Origin: an uncultured Thiotrichales bacterium | GTDB lineage: Bacteria; Pseudomonadota; Gammaproteobacteria; Francisellales; CACEW01 | Assembly: GCA_903870015.1 (NCBI GenBank) | Contig: CAIQBE010000042.1 | Span: 27,443 to 91,442 of the forward strand | Length of the DNA: 64,000 nucleotides | Direction: 5' to 3' | Shown: in pieces, positions 1 through 10,591 of the stretch | Position numbering within the stretch: position 1 is the first letter of the stretch | Layout of the letters: the number at the start of each line of letters is the position of its first letter | Notes under the pieces: generated by a model | Databases searched by the model: none | Told to the model about the DNA's origin: nothing | Seen by the model: the letters and a program-made list of their open reading frames with translations, nothing else | Position numbers and translations under genes: made by a program

Positions 1-399
1 AAGCGCTATACTATATCCCCTGGTTTTAATGGTAAAATCCTTAGCCCCATGCTCATTTACCATACCATCCCCCTGCTCTCACCCCTTATGATACAATTGC
101 CACCTGAGACTTATGGCGCTGATATGCTGCCACAAGTATTTAACGACCCCAAGATGCTGCAACAAACGTTAATCAATTATCCTGATATTCGCTATTTTCT
201 TTTCGATATGCGATTTAGAGATTTGGTAACTTCTGATGCAACACGTAAGATCATCAGTCACTGGGAAGACACTGGCAAAATTAAGCCGATCATTAACAAG
301 GACAAAATTTTAGTTTATCAAATCCTGGTGCCCTTAACTCAGCTGGACTTTACCATTCCAGCAAATCCTTCAAATACCAAGAGTTCCATGCTAAAATAA
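1..399 (+). CDS. hypothetical protein, 5'-truncated by the window edge
   Basis: Frame 1 is open from base 1 (KRYTISPGFNGKILSP precedes the first Met at 49) to the TAA at 397-399. I recognise no motif. Confidence 0.4.
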   Translation, partial: KRYTISPGFNGKILSPMLIYHTIPLLSPLMIQLPPETYGADMLPQVFNDPKMLQQTLINYPDIRYFLFDMRFRDLVTSDATRKIISHWEDTGKIKPIINKDKILVYQILVPLTQLDFTIPANPSNTKSSMLK

Positions 400-422
400 G
401 CTATGTGTTACATAAAAGTTGA

Positions 423-2066
423 TTGAATATGACGCCTAGAAAAATCATTGCCACTACCGCGCTGTTTTATGCCAACGGTTCGATTCATCTTGGGCATTTG
501 GTTGAGGCCATTCAAACCGATATTTGGGTGCGCTTTCAGCGTATGCGCGGCCATACCTGCTATGCCATTTCGGGTTACGATACTCATGGCACGCCGATTA
601 TGCTTAAAGCCGAAGAAAACAAAGAAGCCCCTGAGGTAATGGTTGATCGCATTGGCGCTGAACAACTAAAAACGTTTAATCAATTTTTGATTCAGTTTGA
701 TGGTTTTGAGTCTACAAATTCGGAGACCAACAAAGCCCTTTCCTATGATATTTACGCCAAAGTCAAAGCCCATGGCGCGATTGATACAGCGGAAATTGAA
801 CAATGCTTTGACACCGTCAAAAACATGTTTTTGCCAGATCGTTTTGTTAAGGGCACATGTCCACGTTGTAAGGCCAAAAATCAAAATGGCGATAGCTGTG
901 AAGTATGTGGCGCCACCTACAGTCCCAAAGATTTATTAGATTCAGTTTCAGTGTTATCGGGAACTGCACCAATTTTGAAAAAAAGCGAACATTACTTTTT
1001 TAAGCTTACCCAATATCGCGATTTTTTAGCGACCTGGACCGAGGCGCATTTGCAAAGCGAGATGCATAATAAGCTCAAAGAATGGTTTGACCAAGGCTTA
1101 AGCGACTGGGATATCTCGCGCGATGCGCCCTATTTTGGCTTTTTAATTCCCGGCACGACCGACAAATATTTTTATGTGTGGCTTGATGCGCCCGTGGGGT
1201 ATCTGAATAGCTTCAAGGCTTTGTGCGATCGCACTAATTTAGATTTTAATGAATTTTGGCACAAAGATTCGACCACTGAATTACATCATTTTATCGGCAA
1301 AGATATTATGTATTTTCACGCCATGTTTTGGCCAGCACTGCTCCACGCCGCAGATTTTCGCACGCCGACAGAGATTCATTGCCACGGCTTTTTGACGATT
1401 AATGGCGAGAAGATGTCCAAATCGCGCGGGACTTTTATCAAAGGCGATGATTACCTTGCGCAAGACCTAAACCCTGAATATCTGCGCTATTATTTTGCTG
1501 CTAAGCTCAATAGCGGCGTTGAGGACTTGGATATCAATCTGGCTGATTTTGTGCATCGTGTGAATAGCGACTTGGTTGGCAAATTTGTTAATATCGCCAG
1601 CCGCTCGGCCAGCTTTATTCAGAAAAAATTTAATGGCCAGCTTGCAAAAAACCTTATGAATCAAGAACTGTGGCAAAGCTTTGTCGACAAATCCGCAGGT
1701 ATTGCTAATGACTTTGAAAAGTTGAATTACGCCAAAGCGATTCGTGAGATTATGGCGCTGGCTGATATTGCCAATCAATTTGTGGATCAGCATCAGCCTT
1801 GGAGCCTGGCTAAAGATGAAAGCAAACTCCCCGAAGTCCAACTAATCTGCACGCAAGCCTTAAATCTATTTAGAATTTTGTTAATTTATTTAAAGCCGAT
1901 TGTGCCTGAGCTGACGCTCAAAGCTGAGGCATTTTTTAATATCGCACCCCTGACATGGGATGATTTAACCAAGCCCTTACTGGATCATCAACTAAACGCC
2001 TTCACGCCTTTAATCACGCGCGTGGATGAGCTAAAAGTCAATGAGTTAATTCAAAAAAAACCATGA
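423..2066 (+). CDS. metG: methionine--tRNA ligase (short form, no C-terminal tRNA-binding appendix)
   Basis: 547-aa ORF with a HIGH-type motif ([11 protein letters not shown]), a KMSKS motif and Zn knuckles (CPRCK...CEVCG). It is collinear with the E. coli MetRS catalytic and anticodon-binding domains as I recall them. Confidence 0.95.
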   Translation: MNMTPRKIIATTALFYANGSIHLGHLVEAIQTDIWVRFQRMRGHTCYAISGYDTHGTPIMLKAEENKEAPEVMVDRIGAEQLKTFNQFLIQFDGFESTNSETNKALSYDIYAKVKAHGAIDTAEIEQCFDTVKNMFLPDRFVKGTCPRCKAKNQNGDSCEVCGATYSPKDLLDSVSVLSGTAPILKKSEHYFFKLTQYRDFLATWTEAHLQSEMHNKLKEWFDQGLSDWDISRDAPYFGFLIPGTTDKYFYVWLDAPVGYLNSFKALCDRTNLDFNEFWHKDSTTELHHFIGKDIMYFHAMFWPALLHAADFRTPTEIHCHGFLTINGEKMSKSRGTFIKGDDYLAQDLNPEYLRYYFAAKLNSGVEDLDINLADFVHRVNSDLVGKFVNIASRSASFIQKKFNGQLAKNLMNQELWQSFVDKSAGIANDFEKLNYAKAIREIMALADIANQFVDQHQPWSLAKDESKLPEVQLICTQALNLFRILLIYLKPIVPELTLKAEAFFNIAPLTWDDLTKPLLDHQLNAFTPLITRVDELKVNELIQKKP

Positions 2067-2452
2067 CCCTTAAGCAAGCGATTATCCGCCCAGAAGATTG
2101 CATCGGCTGCACCAAATGCTTAGATGTCTGCCCAACCGATGCCATTATCGGCGCTAGCCAACTGTTACATTCTGTGATCACCGAAGACTGCATCGGCTGC
2201 GAACGCTGCGTACCAGCTTGCCCGGTCGATTGCATTGATTTAATGCCAATGCCTGATGAATATAATCCCGAAAAATTAGATGCCACCGCCAAATCCAAAC
2301 GCTCCGAGCATATACGAAGTATTTCACAGCAACGCAAAGAGCGCCTAGCGCGACTCGAAGCCCAAGAGCGCGAGGCTTTTTTCGCTTCTAAGGCTGAGAG
2401 TAGCGAGCGCAAGGGGTATCTTGAGGGGCTGCTTAAGAAAGAGAAGTTATAA
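2063..2452 (+). CDS. 2x[4Fe-4S] ferredoxin, RnfB/RsxB C-terminal-like
   Basis: Two CxxCxxCxxxCP clusters ([24 protein letters not shown]) and a charged Lys/Arg/Glu tail. The start overlaps the metG stop (ATGA). Confidence 0.8.
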   Translation: MTLKQAIIRPEDCIGCTKCLDVCPTDAIIGASQLLHSVITEDCIGCERCVPACPVDCIDLMPMPDEYNPEKLDATAKSKRSEHIRSISQQRKERLARLEAQEREAFFASKAESSERKGYLEGLLKKEKL

Positions 2453-2675
2453 CGCAAATTCTCGCCCCACTTGCCAGCGCGTTTATCAAAAAGATAGCTG
2501 CGTTACCACACTGGTCTGACTAAAAGCGCACCGAGCTACCCTCGCCGACCAGGACAAAGAGCTGACAGTGATTTATCCCGGTGATGTTCCCATTCGTTTA
2601 AGCAAAGAAGTGATTTGTATTGGCTTACAAGCGTTTCTTTCAAAATAACCAAACATCATCACCCCATGACTAACA

Positions 2676-3533
2676 CTACCCCGCCTTACCTTCCATACAC
2701 TGCACAATATATTCAGCGAGCATTTCCCCGGCTTTGGAGAGATTATCTTTTTTAATTAATGCGATCTCTGCATCTGCAAGCTTAGGGAGTTTTAGTTCTT
2801 TTTGGATTGGGTGAATTCCTGGGGGGAGCATATTTGCTGGCAACACAGTAATGCCTAGCCCCGCTTTTACTGCTGCTAGCGTCCCCGCTAGGCTTGGACT
2901 TGTGTAACTCATATGCCATGGTTTTTTTACGTGATCTAGGGCAGCTAGGGCTCTAGCCCGATAAATACAGGGCTGGGGTGAGAGCACTAATGACAATGAC
3001 TCTTCGGGTTGATAATCATTGGCGGCGGCCCACACGAGTGGTTCGCGCCATACTTTGATGCCTGATTTGACTAGCTGCGGGTCGCGTTTAAACAAAATCA
3101 CATCATAAAGACCTTTGTGAAAACCATCAATTAAATTAAGCGTTAAATCACAGGCGACGTTTAATTGCACGCGGGGGTGGTATTTTCTAAAGTTGGCCAA
3201 GACCTGCGGTAGATAGTGGGTGGCGAAATCCTCTGGGGTACCGATGCGAATTTCGCCTTCGATGTCTGGCTCTTTTAAGCGACTATACGCCTCCCACTGC
3301 AACTGCACGATACGCTTGGCATAGCCAAAAAATATTTCGCCTTCTTGCGTCAGGGTCACTCTGCGGCGCTCACGATTAAACAAAGCGCAGCCTAGCTCAT
3401 CTTCGAGTTTTTGTATTTGCAACGTCAATGCTGCTTGGGTACGGCCCACCATGGCGGCTGCTTGGCTAAAAGTACCGACCTCAACAATCGCAATAAAGTT
3501 TTTGAGCTGCAAGCTATCTAGATGTAATGGCAC
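2676..3533 (-). CDS. LysR-family transcriptional regulator
   Basis: 285 aa with an N-terminal wHTH (FSQAAAMVGRTQAALTLQIQKLE) and a LysR-type substrate-binding C-terminus. Divergent from the dabB-dabA pair. Confidence 0.85.
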   Translation of the reverse strand: MPLHLDSLQLKNFIAIVEVGTFSQAAAMVGRTQAALTLQIQKLEDELGCALFNRERRRVTLTQEGEIFFGYAKRIVQLQWEAYSRLKEPDIEGEIRIGTPEDFATHYLPQVLANFRKYHPRVQLNVACDLTLNLIDGFHKGLYDVILFKRDPQLVKSGIKVWREPLVWAAANDYQPEESLSLVLSPQPCIYRARALAALDHVKKPWHMSYTSPSLAGTLAAVKAGLGITVLPANMLPPGIHPIQKELKLPKLADAEIALIKKDNLSKAGEMLAEYIVQCMEGKAG

Positions 3534-3638
3534 CAGAATCTTATATTAGTTTTTTTAATATATTAAATTAAAACTATTAATTTTACAAATACAATCGCCA
3601 GCCTTAAAATAAGGCTACTCATAAAAAAAGGGCCTCCA

Positions 3639-4979
3639 ATGACATTATTTCAAGGACTGTTTCAACCCGATCACTTATCCTGGATTATGGCGGGACTAAT
3701 TATCTTGGTGATGATAACGGTTTACGGCTTTTCCAAGCGCTATATGATGGGCGATCGATATTATCAGGGGCATCTCAAGAATATCTTATTTTTAACGGTC
3801 AGCCTATTAGTCATGGTATTTGCCGATAACCTACTCATATTACTTGGCGCATGGACGCTTAGCAATCTCGTGTTAGCACGCCTCATGATTCATAAAAAAG
3901 AATGGGTGGCTGCACGCGCTTCGGGAATTTTGGCACTCAAAACTTTGGGGATTGGCATCGTACTGCTGGCGATTGGATTTTATCTACTGATTGATATCAC
4001 CGGCACATTTTCTCTTCATACCCTGCTCTCAAATAGTAATGCTCAGCCCTCGGCAAAACTTACTATCGCGCTCACCCTCATTTTTATAGCAGCGATGACC
4101 CAATCGGCGATCTACCCCTTTCATCGTTGGCTGATCTCATCACTCAACTCCCCCACTCCGGTTTCGGCCTTGATGCATGCAGGCCTGGTCAATGGCGGTG
4201 GCTTTCTCTTGATCCGCTTCGCGCCCCTTTACTTATCAAAACCCTTCTTGCTGCATGTGATCTTTATTGCTGGACTCATCACTGTGATTCTTGGCACGTT
4301 CTGGAAACTCATTCAAACGGATATTAAGCGCATGCTGGCCTGCTCGACCATGGGACAAATGGGTTTTATGGTGATGGAATGCGGCATGGGTTTATTTCCG
4401 CTCGCACTATCGCACCTTGTCTGGCATGGTTTATTTAAGGCTTATTTATTCTTAGGTAGCGGCGCAGTGGCCCAGGAAAAATTGCGCAACAATCACTTTG
4501 GTCGCACTACTGTGCTATCCTTCATTCTCGCTGCAATCTTTGGACTGATCGGGGCTTATGTTTTTGCCTTAACCGCTCGTAATATTTTTAGCCTTGAGAA
4601 TACTAGCATCATCATGCTTGGCTTGGCTTTTATGACCTGCACTCAATTTGCCTGTAATTTCCTTGAGGCGAATATTACCCTGGTGAAGGTGATTTTGGCT
4701 ATCCTTGCAAGTGTGTTGTCTGGATTATTTTATGGCGCCAGCATCTTTGTGATCGATTATTTACTTGCAGCATTAAATCTCTTTCAACCCCAAGCGCTTG
4801 ATGCGATCTACACCAGTGGCTTTGCTGTTATTTTCTTGATTTGGATTTGCTTAAATCTAAATATCAGTGAACGTTTACAAAAAACGACGCTGTGGCAGCG
4901 CCTGTATATGTCGGCACTTAATAGCAGCCAACCCAATGCCAGTACCATTACTGCTAACCGCACTGACTATCAATTCTAG
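3639..4979 (+). CDS. dabB: DabB, NuoL/MrpD-like proton-conducting membrane subunit of a DAB inorganic-carbon transporter
   Basis: 446-aa polytopic membrane protein resembling the proton-conducting NuoL/MrpD family (SALMHAGLVNGGGFLL region). It lies immediately upstream of a DUF2309/DabA gene. Confidence 0.75.
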   Translation: MTLFQGLFQPDHLSWIMAGLIILVMITVYGFSKRYMMGDRYYQGHLKNILFLTVSLLVMVFADNLLILLGAWTLSNLVLARLMIHKKEWVAARASGILALKTLGIGIVLLAIGFYLLIDITGTFSLHTLLSNSNAQPSAKLTIALTLIFIAAMTQSAIYPFHRWLISSLNSPTPVSALMHAGLVNGGGFLLIRFAPLYLSKPFLLHVIFIAGLITVILGTFWKLIQTDIKRMLACSTMGQMGFMVMECGMGLFPLALSHLVWHGLFKAYLFLGSGAVAQEKLRNNHFGRTTVLSFILAAIFGLIGAYVFALTARNIFSLENTSIIMLGLAFMTCTQFACNFLEANITLVKVILAILASVLSGLFYGASIFVIDYLLAALNLFQPQALDAIYTSGFAVIFLIWICLNLNISERLQKTTLWQRLYMSALNSSQPNASTITANRTDYQF

Positions 4980-4992
4980 AAGGACACAATCT

Positions 4993-7176
4993 ATGAATGC
5001 TCATTCACCTATACAAAATCTAGTGACTCAAGCCGCTGCTGTTATTGCACCAGTCTGGCCCATCAAAACTTTTATTGCCTGCAATCCCTTGCAAGGTTTC
5101 GAAGATTTCCCTATCGAACAAGCGCTAACTTTGGCAGAGCACTACAAAGACATCAATCGTTTGATTGAACCTGGACGCGAGGCGGTTAATCGAGAAATGA
5201 TTAAATGGCTGATGGCTTTTTTAGATGATGGCCAAGCCATTATTGCCTTGCCCAATCGTGCCAAGGGTTTTTATCATGCTTTTATTAACCTTGCGCGATT
5301 TGACAGCCACTTGTGTAAAGATCCAGAGATGACGTCTTGGCTTGCTAACTTACCCAACAATCCCGAGCAGGCTATTGTAGAAAGCTTTGTGCGCCTGCAT
5401 ATCAATGCTAGCGATCAAGAAGAGTTTATTAAGCAATCGCTATTCGCGTTGTCTGGATGGTCAGGCTATGTTAAATGGAATAATGATTGGCGCAACGGCA
5501 CTAATGACAAAAACCCAATTACCATGACCGACTATGTCGCGGTGCGTTTAATTATCACCTGCGCTTTGTGGCCACAAGCGAAAGTCTTAACAACCAATAG
5601 CACTTCTGCCCCCGCATTACCCAATGCTACCGCTGAAGCAGCATACCGTGATGACTTATTGCAAAAAATTTTGGGACAAGCACAAACAGGCAATTTAACG
5701 ACAACACAAAGACCTGATGCGCAATTAGCGTTTTGTATCGATGTCCGCTCTGAACCTTTTCGCCGCGCGTTAGAAGCCACTGGCAATTATGAGACCCTGG
5801 GCTTTGCCGGATTTTTTGGATTACCGGTGCGGGTTAAAAACTATGGTGATGATGAGGCCCATGACTCCTGCCCAGTATTGTTAAAACCTTGTCATGAAGT
5901 GCATGAACATCCTGAGGGCCATGATGCTGCCGAAATTAGGCGTCATGACCAGGGCAAATCCGCGCTTAAATTGCCAAAATCTTTTTATCAAGGATTGAAA
6001 TATCATTTCGCCACGCCATTAGCCCTGGCTGAAATGCTCGGCCCTTGGCTTGGCTTGCGAGCCCTGGCGCGTACTTTTCTGCCGCAACTTACGAGCAGCC
6101 TTAAGAGCACTTGCAAAGCAATCATTGCCTCAGAAATCAATACCACCCCCATATTAGAAGATATTAACCTACCGCAACAAGCTGATTATGCCGAGGGCGC
6201 GCTGCGCATGATGGGGCTGACACAGAATCTTGCGCCTGTTATTGTTTTTTGTGGACATGGCAGCACCACCCATAATAATGCTTACGCCTCAGCCCTTGAC
6301 TGTGGCGCTTGCGGGGGTAATGCAGGTGGTAGTAATGCCCGGATTTTAGCATTGATCTTAAATAAAAAAGACATTCGCTTAATACTTGCTGCAAGAGGCT
6401 TGATCATCCCCGATAACACGATATTTATGGCCGCTCAGCATGATACCACGACTGATGACCTCACGCTGTATGATGCCAACCCTAGTGATTCACAACATAA
6501 AACCCTGATAGCCGATTTAAAGAAAAACCTGATCATCGCCAGACATACCAATGCAGCATCGCGCGCTGCTGAGTTTGGTGTCAGTGCAATCGCAGACCCG
6601 GTCAACGGCACATTGCTGCGCAGTCAAGATTGGGCACAACCACGACCAGAATGGGGCTTAGCCCGTAATGCTGCTTTTATCGTCGGCCCAAGAACCCTCA
6701 CCAAAAATTTAAATTTACAAGGTCGTTGTTTCTTGCATTCTTACGACTGGCAACATGACACAGATGGCAAATTTTTACAGACTATTCTCACAGCGCCTAT
6801 GGTCGTGGCCCAATGGATTAATAACCAATACCTATTCTCAACCCTTGATAATGTCTCGTATGGTGGCGGCAGCAAGGTTACCAAAAATGTCATTGGCAAA
6901 ATCGGAGTTATGCAGGGCAATGCCAGTGACTTAATGCACGGCCTACCCCTACAATCAGTGTACGCGACTGATGACCAGCCTTATCATGAAGCGCTTCGCC
7001 TCTTAACCATTGTGTACGCACCCCGAGCTGTCATCATGCCCCTCATTCAAGCGAATCCAATTTTGCAAAAACTTTTTGGCAATGGCTGGGTGAGCCTCGC
7101 CTGTATTGATCCCTCGGACAACAAAGCTTATCTTTTGCAACGGGACTTAAACTGGATAATGACAGAGCAACCTTAG
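4993..7176 (+). CDS. dabA: DabA (DUF2309), beta-carbonic-anhydrase-like subunit of the DAB transporter
   Basis: Start chosen at ATG 4993 (MNAHSPIQ), preceded by GAAGGA. Predicted Zn-ligand motifs are AFCIDVRSE and CGHGSTTHNNAYASALDCGACGG, with the His-to-Cys spacing of 15 reported for DabA. Confidence 0.85.
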   Translation: MNAHSPIQNLVTQAAAVIAPVWPIKTFIACNPLQGFEDFPIEQALTLAEHYKDINRLIEPGREAVNREMIKWLMAFLDDGQAIIALPNRAKGFYHAFINLARFDSHLCKDPEMTSWLANLPNNPEQAIVESFVRLHINASDQEEFIKQSLFALSGWSGYVKWNNDWRNGTNDKNPITMTDYVAVRLIITCALWPQAKVLTTNSTSAPALPNATAEAAYRDDLLQKILGQAQTGNLTTTQRPDAQLAFCIDVRSEPFRRALEATGNYETLGFAGFFGLPVRVKNYGDDEAHDSCPVLLKPCHEVHEHPEGHDAAEIRRHDQGKSALKLPKSFYQGLKYHFATPLALAEMLGPWLGLRALARTFLPQLTSSLKSTCKAIIASEINTTPILEDINLPQQADYAEGALRMMGLTQNLAPVIVFCGHGSTTHNNAYASALDCGACGGNAGGSNARILALILNKKDIRLILAARGLIIPDNTIFMAAQHDTTTDDLTLYDANPSDSQHKTLIADLKKNLIIARHTNAASRAAEFGVSAIADPVNGTLLRSQDWAQPRPEWGLARNAAFIVGPRTLTKNLNLQGRCFLHSYDWQHDTDGKFLQTILTAPMVVAQWINNQYLFSTLDNVSYGGGSKVTKNVIGKIGVMQGNASDLMHGLPLQSVYATDDQPYHEALRLLTIVYAPRAVIMPLIQANPILQKLFGNGWVSLACIDPSDNKAYLLQRDLNWIMTEQP

Positions 7177-7919
7177 CCACCTTTCTTAGCTGGCAGAGGC
7201 TCAGCCTTAAAATACGGCGTAGCAATTTGTATCCCTAAATACGAACTCGCACCTGGTGTCATCACCTCTTGGCCATTGATCTTTATGATCTTCGTGGTAT
7301 TTTGACAACCATTCACGGTCATAAATGCTTTACCATCTTTTGTTCCTAGCGCATAAGAGGGCGAAATAAAGGTACCGCTATCGTGACTTGAGGTCTCCAT
7401 CAATACATTCACGCAGCGCAGCACTGTAGGCATGGGGCTAATAAATACGCCCTGGTCTGGTACTGCGTAAAACGTATTTCCTGTGCCAGGTACTGGCTTG
7501 ATATTTTGCATAAAAGAAGGTCCGCCATAATCACCAAAACCACCTTTGGAAAAATCCGGGATTTGATCGCCATTGGCCTCCATCCCCACTTCTGCTGCCG
7601 TCCAATTAGGACCAAAGCTTAGCCGTTGATAGGATTGGCTGCCAATAGCACTTAACGTGTTATTCATCTGCGCTTGTGCTAAGGCCGCATCAATCACATT
7701 GCGCAAACCATCGTAGGCCTGTAAAAATCGCGGTAAATCAGTTTTAGGATTAGGCACCTGAAAATGACCATCCGCTCCTCGAAACCCTGGTACCAAATCT
7801 GCAACACCTTGTGGCGAACAGAGTTGATCACCAATATTAGTCGTTGCATTCGTTTGTGCATAAACAGAAAAAGGTAAGAGTAAACTTGAAAAGATCACGG
7901 GTAATACGGCATATTTCAT
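7173..7919 (-). CDS. secreted hypothetical protein
   Basis: 248-aa ORF with a cleavable-looking signal peptide (MKYAVLPVIFSSLLLPFSVYA/QT). No recognisable domain. Its 3' end overlaps the dabA stop by 4 nt, convergently. Confidence 0.6.
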   Translation of the reverse strand: MKYAVLPVIFSSLLLPFSVYAQTNATTNIGDQLCSPQGVADLVPGFRGADGHFQVPNPKTDLPRFLQAYDGLRNVIDAALAQAQMNNTLSAIGSQSYQRLSFGPNWTAAEVGMEANGDQIPDFSKGGFGDYGGPSFMQNIKPVPGTGNTFYAVPDQGVFISPMPTVLRCVNVLMETSSHDSGTFISPSYALGTKDGKAFMTVNGCQNTTKIIKINGQEVMTPGASSYLGIQIATPYFKAEPLPAKKGG

Positions 7920-8155
7920 GCTGGGCTCCTGGACTAAGATTGAAGTTGATTATACGCATAAAATACTAAGTTTTTCAATGCACAATAAATGTCTGCGATG
8001 CTATTCATGGATTGCCAATTGCCAGCTATGAAATGTGGCTGTGGTGTTGTGAAATATTTATCTGGAGGCACAAAATCAAATTGGGTTCATTTAACTTTAC
8101 AAGGAATGTGTGTTATAATATGGCCTATAAACGCGATAATTTTAGGAGGTTTTTT

Positions 8156-8341
8156 ATGAGTACTCATTTGGTGATTAACACCAATCCTCATTTAAAAGAC
8201 CCAAAAAAAGTAGCCCAAGGCATTTGTCGAATGGTCAAAAGCTCTTCAGCCGTAGAAGGCATCTATGTTAACATCAATGCTGCTGCGAAAAACGGCGCGT
8301 ATCAATTTACCGTGACCTCGCAATTATCTCAGAAAAAATAG
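8156..8341 (+). CDS. small protein with an SxxxEG motif (possible FicA/VbhA-like Fic inhibitor)
   Basis: 61 aa. AGGAGG sits 7 nt upstream of ATG 8156 and a perfect TATAAT is at 8114-8119. The internal SSAVEGI fits the [ST]xxxE[GN] inhibitory-helix motif. The 3' end overlaps the fic gene. Confidence 0.5.
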   Translation: MSTHLVINTNPHLKDPKKVAQGICRMVKSSSAVEGIYVNINAAAKNGAYQFTVTSQLSQKK

Positions 8342-8942
8342 CTTTCATGGGCTCATAATCATCATTTAAACCCTGTCTGATTGCAGAGAAATATGACTCT
8401 TTTTGCTCTCTTGCAATAAGCGAGAAGTCTAACAGGGGTAATTGCCCTTGCAATGCCATTAACTGCGAGATCAATCGCGCCAATCGTCCATTACCTTCGC
8501 GAAATGGATGAATTAATACAAACTCAACATGGACGATTGCTAATGCAAATAATAACTCATCTTCAGACTTAAAAGTGCATGGCGTGTATTTTGCGAGAAC
8601 TGTTTTTTCAAAATCCCGCATTAATTTTGGCACTAAGTGTGCCGCAGCAAAAGTAAATTTGCCCTTACTCATGTTTACTTGACGATAATGGCCCGCCCAA
8701 CTATACACGTCTTTTAACCAATCATAATGCATAGCGATGATGTCTTGTTCAGAAAAGGCTCTATCTTGCAGTAGAGAAAAGATCATTTTTTGAGACAACT
8801 CAGCAAATTTCATGGTCTCAACTTGCCCTATTTCAGCTCCTGAGTTGATATTCAATAGGTTTTTAAGCACCCTAGCTTCTGATCCAGATTGATACTCTCC
8901 TTCGCTAGCACCCTCTGTGTTATAACGTCCGGTATTTTTCAT
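8307..8942 (-). CDS. fic: Fic/DOC family protein (putative AMPylase)
   Basis: Canonical Fic motif HPFREGNGRLARL. Start taken at ATG 8942 (MKNTGRY, AGGA upstream) rather than the upstream TTG at 8978. Confidence 0.85.
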   Translation of the reverse strand: MKNTGRYNTEGASEGEYQSGSEARVLKNLLNINSGAEIGQVETMKFAELSQKMIFSLLQDRAFSEQDIIAMHYDWLKDVYSWAGHYRQVNMSKGKFTFAAAHLVPKLMRDFEKTVLAKYTPCTFKSEDELLFALAIVHVEFVLIHPFREGNGRLARLISQLMALQGQLPLLDFSLIAREQKESYFSAIRQGLNDDYEPMKAIFSEIIARSR

Positions 8943-9152
8943 TTTCTGTCCTGCCCTTATCGCATTTAAACTTCGCAATCTACTGATTACCTTTGCATAT
9001 TTTTTATTCTTGATTATTTTAACATCAAAAAGATAAGGGCGTGCGAAATACAGTCAAAAAATTTCTCTAGTAGCAAAACTCTTTGTTAACTCCGCTGCGT
9101 TTTCAAGTACAATAGTCTTAATTAAATTACCAACCCTCTGGAAATTAAAATC

Positions 9153-10181
9153 ATGATTGAATTTGATAAGGCGGGCCCTGAGCGCAATAGCATTATTACG
9201 CCTGAGGCTCAGAATGATGATCATTTGATTGATCGGGCGATTCGACCCAAGACGCTGAAAGATTATGAAGGTCAGGAAGAAACGGCTGACCAGCTCTCCA
9301 TTTTTATTCAGGCGGCGCGTAAACGCGCTGAGGCCCTCGACCATGTCTTAATTTTTGGCCCACCGGGTCTTGGGAAAACCACACTCTCGCATATTATTGC
9401 CACTGAAATGGGGGTGAATATTAAAAGCACCTCGGGGCCTGTGCTTGAAAAGCCTGGGGATGTTGCCGCACTGCTTACGAACCTACAGGCCAATGACGTC
9501 TTGTTTATTGATGAGATTCATCGCTTAAGCCCCGTGGTTGAAGAAATTTTATATCCGGCGATGGAGGATTATCAGCTGGATATTATTATTGGTGAGGGTC
9601 CGGCGGCGCGCTCGATTAAAGTGGATTTACAGCCTTTTACTTTGATTGGTGCGACGACGCGTGCAGGCTTGCTCACTTCGCCTTTGCGTGATCGCTTTGG
9701 GATTGTGTTGCGCTTGGAATTTTATAAGATTGCTGATTTAACCAATATTGTCATGCGTTCTGCGCATATCTTGAATGTCGGTATTGATGAGGCTGGCGCT
9801 CATGAGATTGCCAAACGCGCGCGCGGCACCCCGCGGATTGCCAATCGCTTACTGCGCCGCGTGCGTGACTTTGCAGAGGTTGAAGCCAATGGTCATATTG
9901 ATAAAACTATTGCTGATCGCGCCCTGAACTTACTCAAGGTTGACACCTTTGGTCTTGATCAAATGGATCATCGTGTACTGCTCACGCTTATGCAAAAATT
10001 TGGTGGCGGCCCTTGTGGCTTAGAGAGCTTAGCTGCGGCGGTGAGTGAAGAAAAAGGTACGATTGAGGATGTGATTGAGCCCTACCTAATTCAACAAGGC
10101 TTTTTAGCACGCACCCAGCGTGGCCGTGTTGCGACTGACTTGGCTTATACTCACTTTCACTTAACTAGAGAGCCTTCATGA
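9153..10181 (+). CDS. ruvB: Holliday junction branch migration ATPase RuvB
   Basis: 342 aa with Walker [11 protein letters not shown], Walker B LFIDEIH and the RuvB winged-helix C-terminus. Full-length collinearity with RuvB. Confidence 0.95.
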   Translation: MIEFDKAGPERNSIITPEAQNDDHLIDRAIRPKTLKDYEGQEETADQLSIFIQAARKRAEALDHVLIFGPPGLGKTTLSHIIATEMGVNIKSTSGPVLEKPGDVAALLTNLQANDVLFIDEIHRLSPVVEEILYPAMEDYQLDIIIGEGPAARSIKVDLQPFTLIGATTRAGLLTSPLRDRFGIVLRLEFYKIADLTNIVMRSAHILNVGIDEAGAHEIAKRARGTPRIANRLLRRVRDFAEVEANGHIDKTIADRALNLLKVDTFGLDQMDHRVLLTLMQKFGGGPCGLESLAAAVSEEKGTIEDVIEPYLIQQGFLARTQRGRVATDLAYTHFHLTREPS

Positions 10182-10579
10182 AAACTTTTGAGCATCCTTT
10201 TAGAATTTATTATGAAGATACCGATGCTGGTGGCGTCGTGTACCATCCGAACTATCTTAACTTTATGGCGCGTACTCGTACTGAATGGCTACGCTCTCTA
10301 CCTAACTTTTTTGAAAATTTACGCGCGCAAAAAATTTTAACACCGGTCAAGGCAGTTGAGATAGAATATCATGCCCCGGCTTTTTTAGATGATGAAATTA
10401 TCGTGCGCATGTACTTAAAAAGTTTTAAGCCTGTCAGCGCTCTTTTCTTTCATGAAGTCTACCGTTACAATACTGATATTCTTTTGTGTACGGCAACCAT
10501 TAAAATCGCCTGCGTTGACCAGGACCTGAAATTATGCCGCTGGCCAGATTATAATGCCATGCTAGAATTGCTTAAATAA
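10178..10579 (+). CDS. ybgC: tol-pal-associated acyl-CoA thioesterase YbgC
   Basis: 133-aa hotdog-fold 4HBT-type protein ([19 protein letters not shown]). It sits directly upstream of tolQ and has a 4-nt overlap with ruvB. Confidence 0.85.
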   Translation: MKTFEHPFRIYYEDTDAGGVVYHPNYLNFMARTRTEWLRSLPNFFENLRAQKILTPVKAVEIEYHAPAFLDDEIIVRMYLKSFKPVSALFFHEVYRYNTDILLCTATIKIACVDQDLKLCRWPDYNAMLELLK

Positions 10580-10591
10580 CAAGGAGATTTC

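Noticed and set aside
423-2066. MetRS lacks the C-terminal Trbp111-like tRNA-binding domain found in E. coli.
   Set aside because: Short-form MetRS is common in bacteria and is not unusual on its own.
2530-2647. Short open frame without a start codon (…ADQDKELTVIYPGDVPIRLSKEVICIGLQAFLSK*) in the 223-bp gap after the ferredoxin gene. It could be a gene remnant.
   Set aside because: It is only about 40 codons, with no start, no RBS and no recognisable similarity. That is insufficient to call a pseudogene.
4867-4992. Upstream extension of dabA (track start at 4867) overlapping dabB by 113 nt.
   Set aside because: The extension is translated from the dabB 3' end in another frame and has no RBS. 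ATG 4993, with GAAGGA upstream, begins the conserved DabA N-terminus.
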